From an uncultured Candidatus Saccharibacteria bacterium (GTDB taxonomy: Bacteria > Patescibacteriota > Minisyncoccia > Phycocordibacterales > Phycocordibacteraceae), in contig CAYJLK010000003.1 in the NCBI GenBank assembly GCA_964371445.1, positions 1,108 through 65,107 on the forward strand: 64,000 nt of DNA, given 5' to 3'. A model generated the notes under the pieces. The model was not told the origin of the DNA. It saw only the letters and a program-made list of their open reading frames with translations, and searched no databases. Shown piece by piece: positions 56,056 to 64,000 of the stretch; the stretch's first letter is position 1; each line of letters starts with the position of its first letter. The position numbers and the translations under genes were made by a program.

Positions 56056-59000
56056 TACCACAAGATTGAGGATTTTCCCCGGTACATAAATAACCCTCTT
56101 TGGCTCATGTTCGCCGAGCGCGGTGGTCACGGGCGGGAGTTTGAGCGCTTGTGCAACGGCATCTTCTTCAGAGGCATCGACAGCGAGCGTAATCGAGCCA
56201 CGACGTTTGCCGTTCACCTGTACAACAACTTCTTTCTCGGTCGCGATGGCGATGTCAGCTGTCGGCCATGCGTGCGCGTGCACACTCCCCTCTTCGCCGA
56301 GTGTCTCCCAGAGGTGCTCGGCGAGATGCGGCGCAAACGGCGCGAGCATGACGATGAGTTGCGCGAGCGCGGCCTTCGGCACGGACGGCGCCGCTTCGAG
56401 CTCGTTCACGAGTATCATAAGCGCTGCAACTGCGGTATTAAGTTTAAACCGATCTCCGTCTCCGGATACTTTCACGCTTGCCGTCGCGAGCGCCTGCTTA
56501 ATATCTTCTGGAGTATCCTCAGGCATGGATGTCGTAAGTCCATATTTCTCAACAAGACGGGTGATGCGCTCAAGGAACTTGCGCATCGATGCGACGCCAT
56601 CCAGATTCCACGGGTAGCTCCCCGGCTCGTTGTAGGGGCCGATAAAGGCGAGGTAGATGCGCACCGCGTCTGCGCCATATTTCTGCACGAACTCGTCGGG
56701 GTTCACGACATTCCCTTTCGACTTACTCATCTTCTGCCCGTCGGGGCCCATGATGAGTCCGCGGTTGAAGCGCTCGGCAAAGGGTTCGTCGAAGGGCACG
56801 AGTGCGAGGTCGTAGAGCGCCTTCATAAAGAACCGCGCGTAGAGCACGTGCATGGTGGTGTGTTCGCTCCCGCCGGAGTAGCGATTAATCGGTAGCCACT
56901 TCTTCATCATCGCCGCATCAGAAAAGTTGTGTGCGTCCTGCGGATTCAGATAACGCAGGAAGTACCACGAGGAATCTACGAATGTATCCAGCGTGTCATA
57001 CTCCGGCGTCCAGCCTTCGCCGAAGATGCGTATAACACGTTCTTTCAGCTCTTGTGAAGACGCAAGTGGCGCCTTACCCGTGGGAGTGAAGTCAACGTCG
57101 GTCGGCAAAAGCCAGGGCAGATGTTCGGCAGGTATCGCGTGCGGCTTCCCTTCGGGATCGTAGACGATAGGTATCGGACAGCCCCAGTAGCGCTGGCGGG
57201 AGACCAGCCAATCGCGGAGCCGATACATCGTCGCCTTCTCGCCGCCGACCGCCTGCACGATGTCCCATATCGCTTCTTCGTTATCCCGACCATCGAATGT
57301 ACCGGAATTGATAAGGTAACCATTTTCAACCAGTGCTTCTTCTTTTTCTAATAATTGCCAGACCTGTTTCTGATGATCGGGAGTAAGACGAGAAAGGACC
57401 TCATTCTCTTCGGTCCAGACAAGTGTATGTTTCTTCTGTTCTGAAGTATGGATTACACCCTGTTCAGCAAGACTTTCTACTTCTGCGATGAAAGCATACG
57501 TATGAGCACAGCGATTCTCTTTTTTATGAGATGCACAGTATTTCGCAGATGTTATCCAGCGAAGTCTTTTGACGATACGGACATTCTTAAGTGCAGCTTC
57601 TTCACGAATTTCGGTCAATGCAGCCTCTTCCGGAGTTTGTCCCGACTCGACACCGCCCATGATGGCAGTAGTAATTCCTTCGAGTGTCTCGTGCCAATTG
57701 AGGAGCGCGAACTTGCCGGTTGATTTATCACGTAAATGAACGATAACCGTATCACGTTTAACCTCCTCGAACCCATCTTGAGGAGGATTTTTAGAGTCGT
57801 TAGCGCACGGTACCACTACTTGCTTTATTGGTAACTGCATTTTCTGCGCGAACTCAAAGTCGCGTTCGTCGTGCGCGGGGACCGCCATTACCGCGCCCGT
57901 GCCATAGGACGCGAGGACATAATCGGCGATAAAAATAGGAATTTCTTCTTTCGTCGCTGGGTTAATCGCAGAAACACCCTCCAGCCTCACGCCGGTCTTC
58001 TCCTTGTTCTCGCTTCGCTCGCGCTCGGTCTTCTGCGCCGTCTTCTGTATGTATTCTCGCACCTCCACCGTGTTATTGATGGACTTCGTAAATCCATCAT
58101 CTGAAAGGAACGAGTGTTCGGGTGCAAGCACGACATAGGTGGCACCAAACACCGTGTCCGGCCGTGTCGTGAATACTTTAATCTTCGTGTCTCGCCCAGA
58201 AACAGATATATTGAGACTTTCCAAAACGTCGGGCTCTTCTTTGTCTGTGTAATGCTCTCTTTTTGATGTTCCCGTAACGAGCTCTGCGTCGAGGTTTGCG
58301 GCCATCTTCTCCAAATAGACAATCCGGTCTTCTTCTTTGAGATCCGAAAGTATCAGGCGTTTAGGCGCTAACTTTTTAAGTGTTTCGAAATCAAATTCCC
58401 ATGAGAACGTAGTATGGAAGTTTTTATCTTCATTACTGTGTTTCGGATCCTTCGCTGCAGCGACGAGTACGAGTTCGCGAATAGGCTTACCGTGTTTTAC
58501 CAGCGCTTTCATCGCCACTATCGCACCTAGACTATGCCCGATGAGAACAGTGTTCTTATCCATCCGGCAGTTTTCCAACACATAAGCCACTTGATCCTTC
58601 TCCGTTGGATGGTCGGTATCCGGCATTTGCGGTGCCTGCACTTCATAACCCTTATTTTCTAGTTCTGTCTTTAGCCACGGGATGAAGTTTTTGTCTGCGC
58701 GGCCAGTCCATCCGTGCAGGATGATGAAGTTTGGTTTGTCATTATTGGCAATTGAGAACTCGAGATACGCGCCTTCCGACTTTCCTATCCACGCCCGTTG
58801 CGCCGTCTTAATCTCTTCGCGCCACGGGAGCGCATCGAGACCGGTCAAAAGCCGCTCAGCATAGTCGGTAATCTTGAAGAACCACTGCGTGAGCCGCTTC
58901 TCCTCAACTTCCGTACCGCACCGCTCGCAGTGCCCGTCGATGACCTGCTCGTTGGCGAGCACGGTCTGGTCCTTGGGACACCACTTCACCGCCGCCTCCC

Positions 59001-59451
59001 GATGTTCGGCAAGCTTGTGCTCAAAGAGCTTCGTGAAGAGCCACTGCGTCCACTGGTAGTAGCCCGGGTCGCAGGCCACCACCTCCTTACTCCAATCGAA
59101 CGACGCGCCCATGCTCTTGAGCTGGGTACGCATCCGCTCCATGTTCTGGTAGGTCCACTCCTTGGGGTCGACACCGTGCTTGATCGCCGCGTTCTCAGCC
59201 GGTAATCCGAATGCGTCGAATCCTATCGGGAACAGCACATTCTTCCCGCGCATGCGCAGCAGACGCGCGTAGATGTCGGTCACAGCAAAGGCGTACCAGT
59301 GGCCGATATGCAGGTCGCCGGAGGGATAGGGAAACTCGACGAGAAGGTAATACCCCTCTTTGGACTCGTCTTTGAGATCAGTGCGGTAGAGATCGAGACT
59401 TGCCCACTTCTCTTGGGCCTTCTTCTCTATCTCGCGGTGATCATACGCCAT
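56047..59451 (-). CDS. leuS: Leucine--tRNA ligase with inserted alpha/beta-hydrolase and NUDIX domains
   Basis: FPYPSG.LHIGH, WIGKSEG, FTTRPDT, GTGAVMAVPAHDERD, LRDWLVSRQRYWG, KMSKSKGN; extra LHGW...GHSLG and GGVESGQTPEEAALTEIREE segments. Confidence 0.95.
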   Translation of the reverse strand: MAYDHREIEKKAQEKWASLDLYRTDLKDESKEGYYLLVEFPYPSGDLHIGHWYAFAVTDIYARLLRMRGKNVLFPIGFDAFGLPAENAAIKHGVDPKEWTYQNMERMRTQLKSMGASFDWSKEVVACDPGYYQWTQWLFTKLFEHKLAEHREAAVKWCPKDQTVLANEQVIDGHCERCGTEVEEKRLTQWFFKITDYAERLLTGLDALPWREEIKTAQRAWIGKSEGAYLEFSIANNDKPNFIILHGWTGRADKNFIPWLKTELENKGYEVQAPQMPDTDHPTEKDQVAYVLENCRMDKNTVLIGHSLGAIVAMKALVKHGKPIRELVLVAAAKDPKHSNEDKNFHTTFSWEFDFETLKKLAPKRLILSDLKEEDRIVYLEKMAANLDAELVTGTSKREHYTDKEEPDVLESLNISVSGRDTKIKVFTTRPDTVFGATYVVLAPEHSFLSDDGFTKSINNTVEVREYIQKTAQKTERERSENKEKTGVRLEGVSAINPATKEEIPIFIADYVLASYGTGAVMAVPAHDERDFEFAQKMQLPIKQVVVPCANDSKNPPQDGFEEVKRDTVIVHLRDKSTGKFALLNWHETLEGITTAIMGGVESGQTPEEAALTEIREEAALKNVRIVKRLRWITSAKYCASHKKENRCAHTYAFIAEVESLAEQGVIHTSEQKKHTLVWTEENEVLSRLTPDHQKQVWQLLEKEEALVENGYLINSGTFDGRDNEEAIWDIVQAVGGEKATMYRLRDWLVSRQRYWGCPIPIVYDPEGKPHAIPAEHLPWLLPTDVDFTPTGKAPLASSQELKERVIRIFGEGWTPEYDTLDTFVDSSWYFLRYLNPQDAHNFSDAAMMKKWLPINRYSGGSEHTTMHVLYARFFMKALYDLALVPFDEPFAERFNRGLIMGPDGQKMSKSKGNVVNPDEFVQKYGADAVRIYLAFIGPYNEPGSYPWNLDGVASMRKFLERITRLVEKYGLTTSMPEDTPEDIKQALATASVKVSGDGDRFKLNTAVAALMILVNELEAAPSVPKAALAQLIVMLAPFAPHLAEHLWETLGEEGSVHAHAWPTADIAIATEKEVVVQVNGKRRGSITLAVDASEEDAVAQALKLPPVTTALGEHEPKRVIYVPGKILNLVVPR

Positions 59452-59457
59452 GTGCTA

Positions 59458-59497
59458 AAGGTTCAACCTTGGGAATCCGGGGTTAAGGTTGAACCTT
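59458..59497. repeat. REP-doublet-like inverted repeat (AAGGT-N3-ACCTT x2, 14-nt spacer)
   Basis: AAGGTTCAACCTT-GGGAATCCGGGGTT-AAGGTTGAACCTT. Confidence 0.75.
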
Positions 59498-60457
59498 GTT
59501 GATCGGTGGATAGAAGGCGGGGTCAATAATGCGTTCGAAGCATATCTGCCCTGTGCCGTGTTGCCAGTTGTCTGCTTGCATCATGATATCCTTGCCGCCG
59601 ACACCTACTGGGACCGGTTCAACGGGACGGGTTTCGGTGAGAGTGCTTGGATTGGGGCGGCTCACTGTGTTGAAGTCTGCACAGAGCTTGAACGAGAGCC
59701 CTTCGCCCGGCTGGTACACGTACGACTCCCCCGTCTGCGGGTCGACCGGCACAGGACCGTAATTGAGCGAGTTGTTGAGATCAGTGATTTTCCCCGGCAA
59801 CTTCTGTTTTGCCTGCCAGAAATAGATGATCTGTGACTGTATGACCTGCAAGTCACTTACCTTCTGCGCGTCGAAGCGCGCGAGGCGCGCCTCAGCCGGC
59901 GTGCCGACGATGAAGAACCCTGAGATAACCGTACCGACGGCGATAACGGCTACGCCGATGCGCACCATATTCCGCCGCTTGGGGAACATATCCCAGTATC
60001 CTCTGAAGTCAGCGATGAAGTGCATAAACACGCCGCCCGCGACGAGGAAGATGATGAGCACCTTCAGAAGGAAGGCGACCGTGAGCGCTTCACCGTTGAG
60101 GAAGGTAGTAAGAAGCGTGATGAGGTCGACCGCCATCGCGATGCCCGCAACGAAGAGGGTTAGGATGAGCGCCCATCGCCGGACCCAGATCTCATTGCGC
60201 GAAGGGTCGCGGACGGCGTCCTTATGTATGAACCGCATGAGGAGCAGATAGATGGGAAAGAGCACGATGATTGAGGCCATCTCGTAGCTGATACCGCTCT
60301 GGTACGGGTCGGCCGGATAGTAGCTCAGCACGTTTGGGAACGTGTAGTTGATGTAATCGAACGTGAGGAGAATAAACGCGATAACACTCCAATAAAACGT
60401 GACCATCGCCCCTGCCCACAAGAAGAAGTCCTTTGGTGTTGTTTTTGGTTTGTCCAT
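59483..60457 (-). CDS. DUF5671-like membrane protein
   Basis: TTPKDFFL, five TM helices, GTP..AR..RFD..KVSDLQ.IQ, DPQTG.SY.Y...F.LCADF. Confidence 0.7.
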   Translation of the reverse strand: MDKPKTTPKDFFLWAGAMVTFYWSVIAFILLTFDYINYTFPNVLSYYPADPYQSGISYEMASIIVLFPIYLLLMRFIHKDAVRDPSRNEIWVRRWALILTLFVAGIAMAVDLITLLTTFLNGEALTVAFLLKVLIIFLVAGGVFMHFIADFRGYWDMFPKRRNMVRIGVAVIAVGTVISGFFIVGTPAEARLARFDAQKVSDLQVIQSQIIYFWQAKQKLPGKITDLNNSLNYGPVPVDPQTGESYVYQPGEGLSFKLCADFNTVSRPNPSTLTETRPVEPVPVGVGGKDIMMQADNWQHGTGQICFERIIDPAFYPPINKVQP

Positions 60458-60536
60458 AAGCATGCATTATACCACAAATAAGGTGTGCTATCGGCTTCCT
60501 ACACTATCAGCCGCTCGACTTAAATGCCTATTTCAG

Positions 60537-61250
60537 CCGTGGAGGAAGACCATCACATCATCGGTATAAAAAGAGTCCCCGCGCGAGCGCAGGGACTGAG
60601 GATGGACAAGGGGTGGATCGTTAGTTTGGCGCAGGAATTGGTGCGGGTTTGAGTTGGTCGTTCAACCACGTGAGTCCTCTTTCGTACCACTCCCGTGCCT
60701 TACTCTTACTCGGCGGCCGAGGAACACAGGCGCAGATGTACAGCCATATGGAAAGCGAGATCATTCCGTAGGACATCCATTGACCGCCTTTGCTTGATGG
60801 CAGTAGCCACATTAAAAATCCCATGCAACCAATAGTCATAGCGAGAACGAACCGCAGAGAAGCGTCACTCCAAGGAACGGCAAACAGTTTACCGTTCGCC
60901 AAGAATTCACTCTCTTCTTTTTCTGTACGACGAACGATACTCATCATAGAAAAAGTGTTAATGGACAACAATGCAAACATGGCGGGATCGAAATAAGATA
61001 CATTTCCTCCCCAGAAAAATACCGTGGAAGTTATCAACGTCCATTTCTGTAGTCTAAACTTCGTCAGTCCGGTGAATTGCTGGAACTTGTCGCAGAACTT
61101 CTGTGCTACAGACAGTAGCAAACTATCGAGTAATTCGACCATGATCGTACCTCCCTCTCTTTTGGTTGCGTAAGGGGATATATTCCCCACCTTTATGTCT
61201 CAACGTGCTCTAAAACTAATATACTGAAATTTACTACTTCGTCAAGTCAT
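60537..61250 (-). mobile_element. Single-gene cassette 2 (714 bp) bounded by copies of the ychF 3' end
   Basis: 46-bp identical repeat at 60537-60582 and 61251-61296; promoter TTGACG-16-TATATT, GGAGG SD, ORF, terminator. Confidence 0.75.
60621..61142 (-). CDS. Hypothetical membrane protein (173 aa, about four TM helices)
   Basis: GGAGG 7 nt before ATG; AT-rich; own terminator. Confidence 0.7.
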   Translation of the reverse strand: MVELLDSLLLSVAQKFCDKFQQFTGLTKFRLQKWTLITSTVFFWGGNVSYFDPAMFALLSINTFSMMSIVRRTEKEESEFLANGKLFAVPWSDASLRFVLAMTIGCMGFLMWLLPSSKGGQWMSYGMISLSIWLYICACVPRPPSKSKAREWYERGLTWLNDQLKPAPIPAPN

Positions 61251-61822
61251 CCGTGGAGGAAGACCATCACATCATCGGTATAAAAAGAGTCCCCGCCGGA
61301 GCGGGGATGAGTCGGGATGCGGCGAAACATTCAGGGCATGACGAAGATGAACTCGTCATTCGGTTCGAACAAGTCGTCACCAGAACAGCTGGCGCTCCCG
61401 CTCGAAATGGTGCTCTCGCCTCTCGTAAATCGCATGATGTAGGGCGACTCTGTGCCGGGTTTGTACGGCTCCATGGCGAGATTCAATACATCACCCGGTT
61501 GCGTGTCCTTGCCGTTGCGGAGCTCGTTCATCAAGAAAAAGTGCAGCCCCCTCGGCGCATGTACGAGTCCGAGTACTGCGGCCGCCGCAACAATTGCGCT
61601 GTACGGTGCCGGTTCGTTGAAGCCGAGATCGGTCACTTTGGTCCTCGTCAGATAGTGCGGACTGCCTTCGAACCTCACACTCATCCAGATGTTGAATGCA
61701 CGCTTAACCCTCGTTTGCGGAACCTTCTGTCCTGATTGAGCTGTCATCGAACTACTCCCCTTGTGTGATGTATCGGATACCCTCGCTCAAGCTAGATAGA
61801 ATCCACTATATTGTCAAGTTAC
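61251..61822 (-). mobile_element. Single-gene cassette 1 (572 bp) bounded by copies of the ychF 3' end
   Basis: 17-bp core CCGTGGAGGAAGACCAT at 61251 and 61823; promoter TTGACA-17-TAGCTT, AAGGGGAG SD, ORF, terminator. Confidence 0.75.
61331..61747 (-). CDS. Hypothetical protein (138 aa)
   Basis: SD, promoter and terminator all present; no motif recognised. Confidence 0.65.
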   Translation of the reverse strand: MTAQSGQKVPQTRVKRAFNIWMSVRFEGSPHYLTRTKVTDLGFNEPAPYSAIVAAAAVLGLVHAPRGLHFFLMNELRNGKDTQPGDVLNLAMEPYKPGTESPYIMRFTRGESTISSGSASCSGDDLFEPNDEFIFVMP

Positions 61823-62916
61823 CCGTGGAGGAAGACCATTACGTCGCCGTCCTTGACGATGTACTCCTTGCCTTCCGTGCGGACCTTTGCCGCCTCGCGC
61901 GCGGCGGCGTAGCCGCCAGCGGCGATAAGGTCGTCATATGAAACGACTTCGGCGCGGATAAATTTATTCAAAAAGTCATTATGGATTGCCGCGCCCGCAA
62001 CGGGCGCTGTACTTCCCTCTTTAATCGTCCACGCGCGCGTCTCGTCGGTGCCGGTAGTAAAAAATGAAATGAGTCCGAGTGTGTCGTACGCATTTCTGAT
62101 GAGACCGGCGAGTCCGTCTTCGGACACACCGAGCTCCTGACGGAAGCTCTGGCGGTCATCATCAGCGACATCATTCAATTCGCGCTCCGTTGCGGCATCG
62201 AGGAATATGTACCGCCCGCCAAGCGCTTCGATGAGCTCATACGCGCGCTCGGCGCGACCGTCATTGACCTCGTCGAGGTTGTGTCCGCCGCTCTTCCTAT
62301 TAAGCGCGTAGAGGATCGGCTTCATCGTGAGAAGGTTCAGGTGTGCAACAAGTTTTTTCTCATCGTCGGTGAGCTCGGCATGGAGCGCGAGTTTCCCCAG
62401 GGTTATGCCTTGCATAAGCTTGGCGAGAGCCGCGTCCTCGGCGACAAACTCCTTTCGTCCCGCCTTGATATCGCCCGCGATCTTGTCGCGCCGCTTCCGC
62501 ACCTGCTCGCCGTCGGCAAGCACGAGCTCCATGTTAATGATCTCAATGTCCTTGTACGGCTCGATAGTGGTATCGACGTGCGTAATATTCGTATCGTCGA
62601 AGAAGCGCACCAACTGGAGGACGGCATCGGTCTCGCGGATATTCGCGAGAAATTGGTTGCCGAGACCTTCACCCTCTGCCGCGCCCTTCACAAGCCCGGC
62701 GATATCGACGAATTCTATCGCCGCCGGGATAATCTTCTCGCTCTTTGAAAGTTCTGCGAGCGCGCCGAGACGTGCGTCGGGAACGCCGACCACACCCACC
62801 GACGGATCGATAGTGCAGAACGGATAATTCTCTGCCGGCACCGAGGTCTTCGTGAGTGCATTAAAAAGCGTGGACTTCCCCACGTTCGGCAGACCAACAA
62901 TGCCTATCTTCAACAT
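61819..62916 (-). CDS. ychF: Redox-regulated ATPase YchF
   Basis: GIVGLPNVGKST, NYPFCTIDP, DIAGLVKGA..GEGLGNQFL, EGKEYIVKDGDV. Confidence 0.97.
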   Translation of the reverse strand: MLKIGIVGLPNVGKSTLFNALTKTSVPAENYPFCTIDPSVGVVGVPDARLGALAELSKSEKIIPAAIEFVDIAGLVKGAAEGEGLGNQFLANIRETDAVLQLVRFFDDTNITHVDTTIEPYKDIEIINMELVLADGEQVRKRRDKIAGDIKAGRKEFVAEDAALAKLMQGITLGKLALHAELTDDEKKLVAHLNLLTMKPILYALNRKSGGHNLDEVNDGRAERAYELIEALGGRYIFLDAATERELNDVADDDRQSFRQELGVSEDGLAGLIRNAYDTLGLISFFTTGTDETRAWTIKEGSTAPVAGAAIHNDFLNKFIRAEVVSYDDLIAAGGYAAAREAAKVRTEGKEYIVKDGDVMVFLHG

Positions 62917-62956
62917 ATATGCACCCTACGACTTCATCACTTTTTACGCAAGGCAG

Positions 62957-63463
62957 TTAGCCTCGTTTCGGCACGAGGAGGAACCGCATATACTGAAGCA
63001 GTGCATAGAAAATGGCGGTCGCGACGACGAAGAATGCAACAGCAGAACCGAAGGACAAGGGCGGTATCTCTCCGAGCGTGAGGAAGACGAGGAACCACCA
63101 CCCTGTAAAGGCGATTGCGCTGCCAAAGGCAAACGAGATGCGCTGCCGCGAGAGAGCCCACGAGACGGTAATGATTAAAAGTGCGAGCGCAATAAGAGTC
63201 CAGTAGCTCGAAGAGAGTGCCGACTGTTCTGAAGTGTGCTGTAGATACGCGATGCTGACGAGACCAAATGACGAGAGTAAGAGAAGCGACATGCCGAAAC
63301 GTAATCCGCGGGCGATTGCGTGGAGGTGCGCACGTTCGGCGCTATCTATCTTCCCGTCCCGCATAGAGCGGACATACGCAAGTTCGCCCCACACCGCCGA
63401 GAGCGCCCCTAGTGCGGCGCCGAGCGCTTGACAGAGAACGAGCGCCGGGACGAGTGTGTTCAT
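62957..63463 (-). CDS. Membrane protein (about five TM helices)
   Basis: Hydrophobic helices, RDGKID motif. Confidence 0.7.
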   Translation of the reverse strand: MNTLVPALVLCQALGAALGALSAVWGELAYVRSMRDGKIDSAERAHLHAIARGLRFGMSLLLLSSFGLVSIAYLQHTSEQSALSSSYWTLIALALLIITVSWALSRQRISFAFGSAIAFTGWWFLVFLTLGEIPPLSFGSAVAFFVVATAIFYALLQYMRFLLVPKRG

Positions 63464-63488
63464 ACGTGTGGTGAGTTTGTCGAATCCA

Positions 63489-63719
63489 TTACTTCTGCAT
63501 CAACACGGAAAGCTCAGAACGATATTTCTTCATCACCTCCATCGCCGCCTTTATCTCGCTTTCACCGCCCTTCTTGCGGCGTTCGATCTCTTCGCCGATC
63601 TTCTTAAAGAGTTGGGGATCCTTCGTCACGAGCGCCGTCATCTGTTCGCGCTGCGCGGGCGGCACGTCCTTCAGCTTCCATTTCGCGTATTGATTGAGGA
63701 GAAAACTCTGGAGAGACAT
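63489..63719 (-). CDS. Small conserved hypothetical protein
   Basis: LKDVP..Q......KDPQLF.KI..EI....K.G.....A.M.VM.KY; ATG 6 nt after TGgTATTAT. Confidence 0.7.
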   Translation of the reverse strand: MSLQSFLLNQYAKWKLKDVPPAQREQMTALVTKDPQLFKKIGEEIERRKKGGESEIKAAMEVMKKYRSELSVLMQK

Positions 63720-63735
63720 AGTGAAATAATACCAC

Positions 63736-63787
63736 AAAACCAAGGTTCGACCTTACATCCGAACCCCCAAGGTCGAACCTTGGTTTT
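63736..63787. repeat. REP-doublet-like perfect 19-bp inverted repeat with 14-nt spacer
   Basis: AAAACCAAGGTTCGACCTT-N14-AAGGTCGAACCTTGGTTTT. Confidence 0.8.
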
Positions 63788-64000
63788 AATGACTCGGTCG
63801 AAGATGGAAGCCGCGGATGGTCCGCGTGGTGAAATAGAGTGCCACGAGCGCTATGAGCGCTAGCGCCTCAATATAGATGAATGAAGGGTCGAAGATGCTC
63901 GTGCCGGCGCGATAGTGACTAACGGCGCTCGTGCCGAACAAAAACGTCCCGTATATCGCGACGAGTTCGTTGAACCAATGGATCCATCCTTGCGCCGGAT
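63786..64000 (-). CDS. 3' end of a membrane protein (truncated by the window)
   Basis: Open minus frame PAQGWIHWFNELVAIYGTFLFG...LALIALVALYFTT...RPSH*. Confidence 0.55.
   Translation of the reverse strand, partial: PAQGWIHWFNELVAIYGTFLFGTSAVSHYRAGTSIFDPSFIYIEALALIALVALYFTTRTIRGFHLRPSH

Noticed and set aside
60537-61839. Three direct repeats read as a CRISPR array or integron attC sites
   Set aside because: The spacers are 570-710 bp gene-containing units, the repeat equals the ychF coding end, there is no RYYYAAC/GTTRRRY palindromic attC structure, and no cas or intI gene is in the window.
1-64000. Alternative genetic code (UGA = Gly)
   Set aside because: Conserved genes such as cysS, gltX and murG end at TGA at their expected lengths.

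Overview
This is a chromosomal segment of a small-genome Patescibacteria (CPR)-type bacterium, probably a moderately GC-rich Parcubacterium using genetic code 11. The taxonomy is inferred from gene content: short AlaRS and AspRS, CPR-typical conserved hypothetical proteins and very compact spacing. Most of the window is housekeeping: recR, dnaB, cysS, gltX, murG-ftsW-mraY, scpA/B, pepA, aspS, trpS, pyrD, tRNA-Tyr, tyrS, dnaJ-dnaK-grpE, the infA-rpmJ-rpsM-rpsK-rpsD-rpoA-rplQ-rplM-rpsI block, alaS, pepO, ung, pcm, mnmA, mltG, leuS and ychF. The most unusual signals are as follows. (1) Two tiny self-contained single-gene cassettes (572 and 714 bp) sit in tandem at the ychF 3' end, with an attL/attP/attR-like pattern of junction sharing and no integrase in the window. 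(2) A second array of five monocistronic units lies behind rpsI, bracketed by a palindrome-containing direct repeat. (3) Core genes look almost uniformly leaderless (TGn-TAnnnT 6-9 nt before ATG), while the cassette genes use -35/-10 plus Shine-Dalgarno. (4) There are three families of short palindromic or MITE-like elements, two with clean 5-bp target duplications and two inserted in-frame in recR and gltX. (5) An unannotated type I toxin-like peptide lies next to a hicBA-like pair. (6) LeuRS carries inserted serine-hydrolase and NUDIX domains. All calls come from reading the sequence and motifs by eye; no database search was run.
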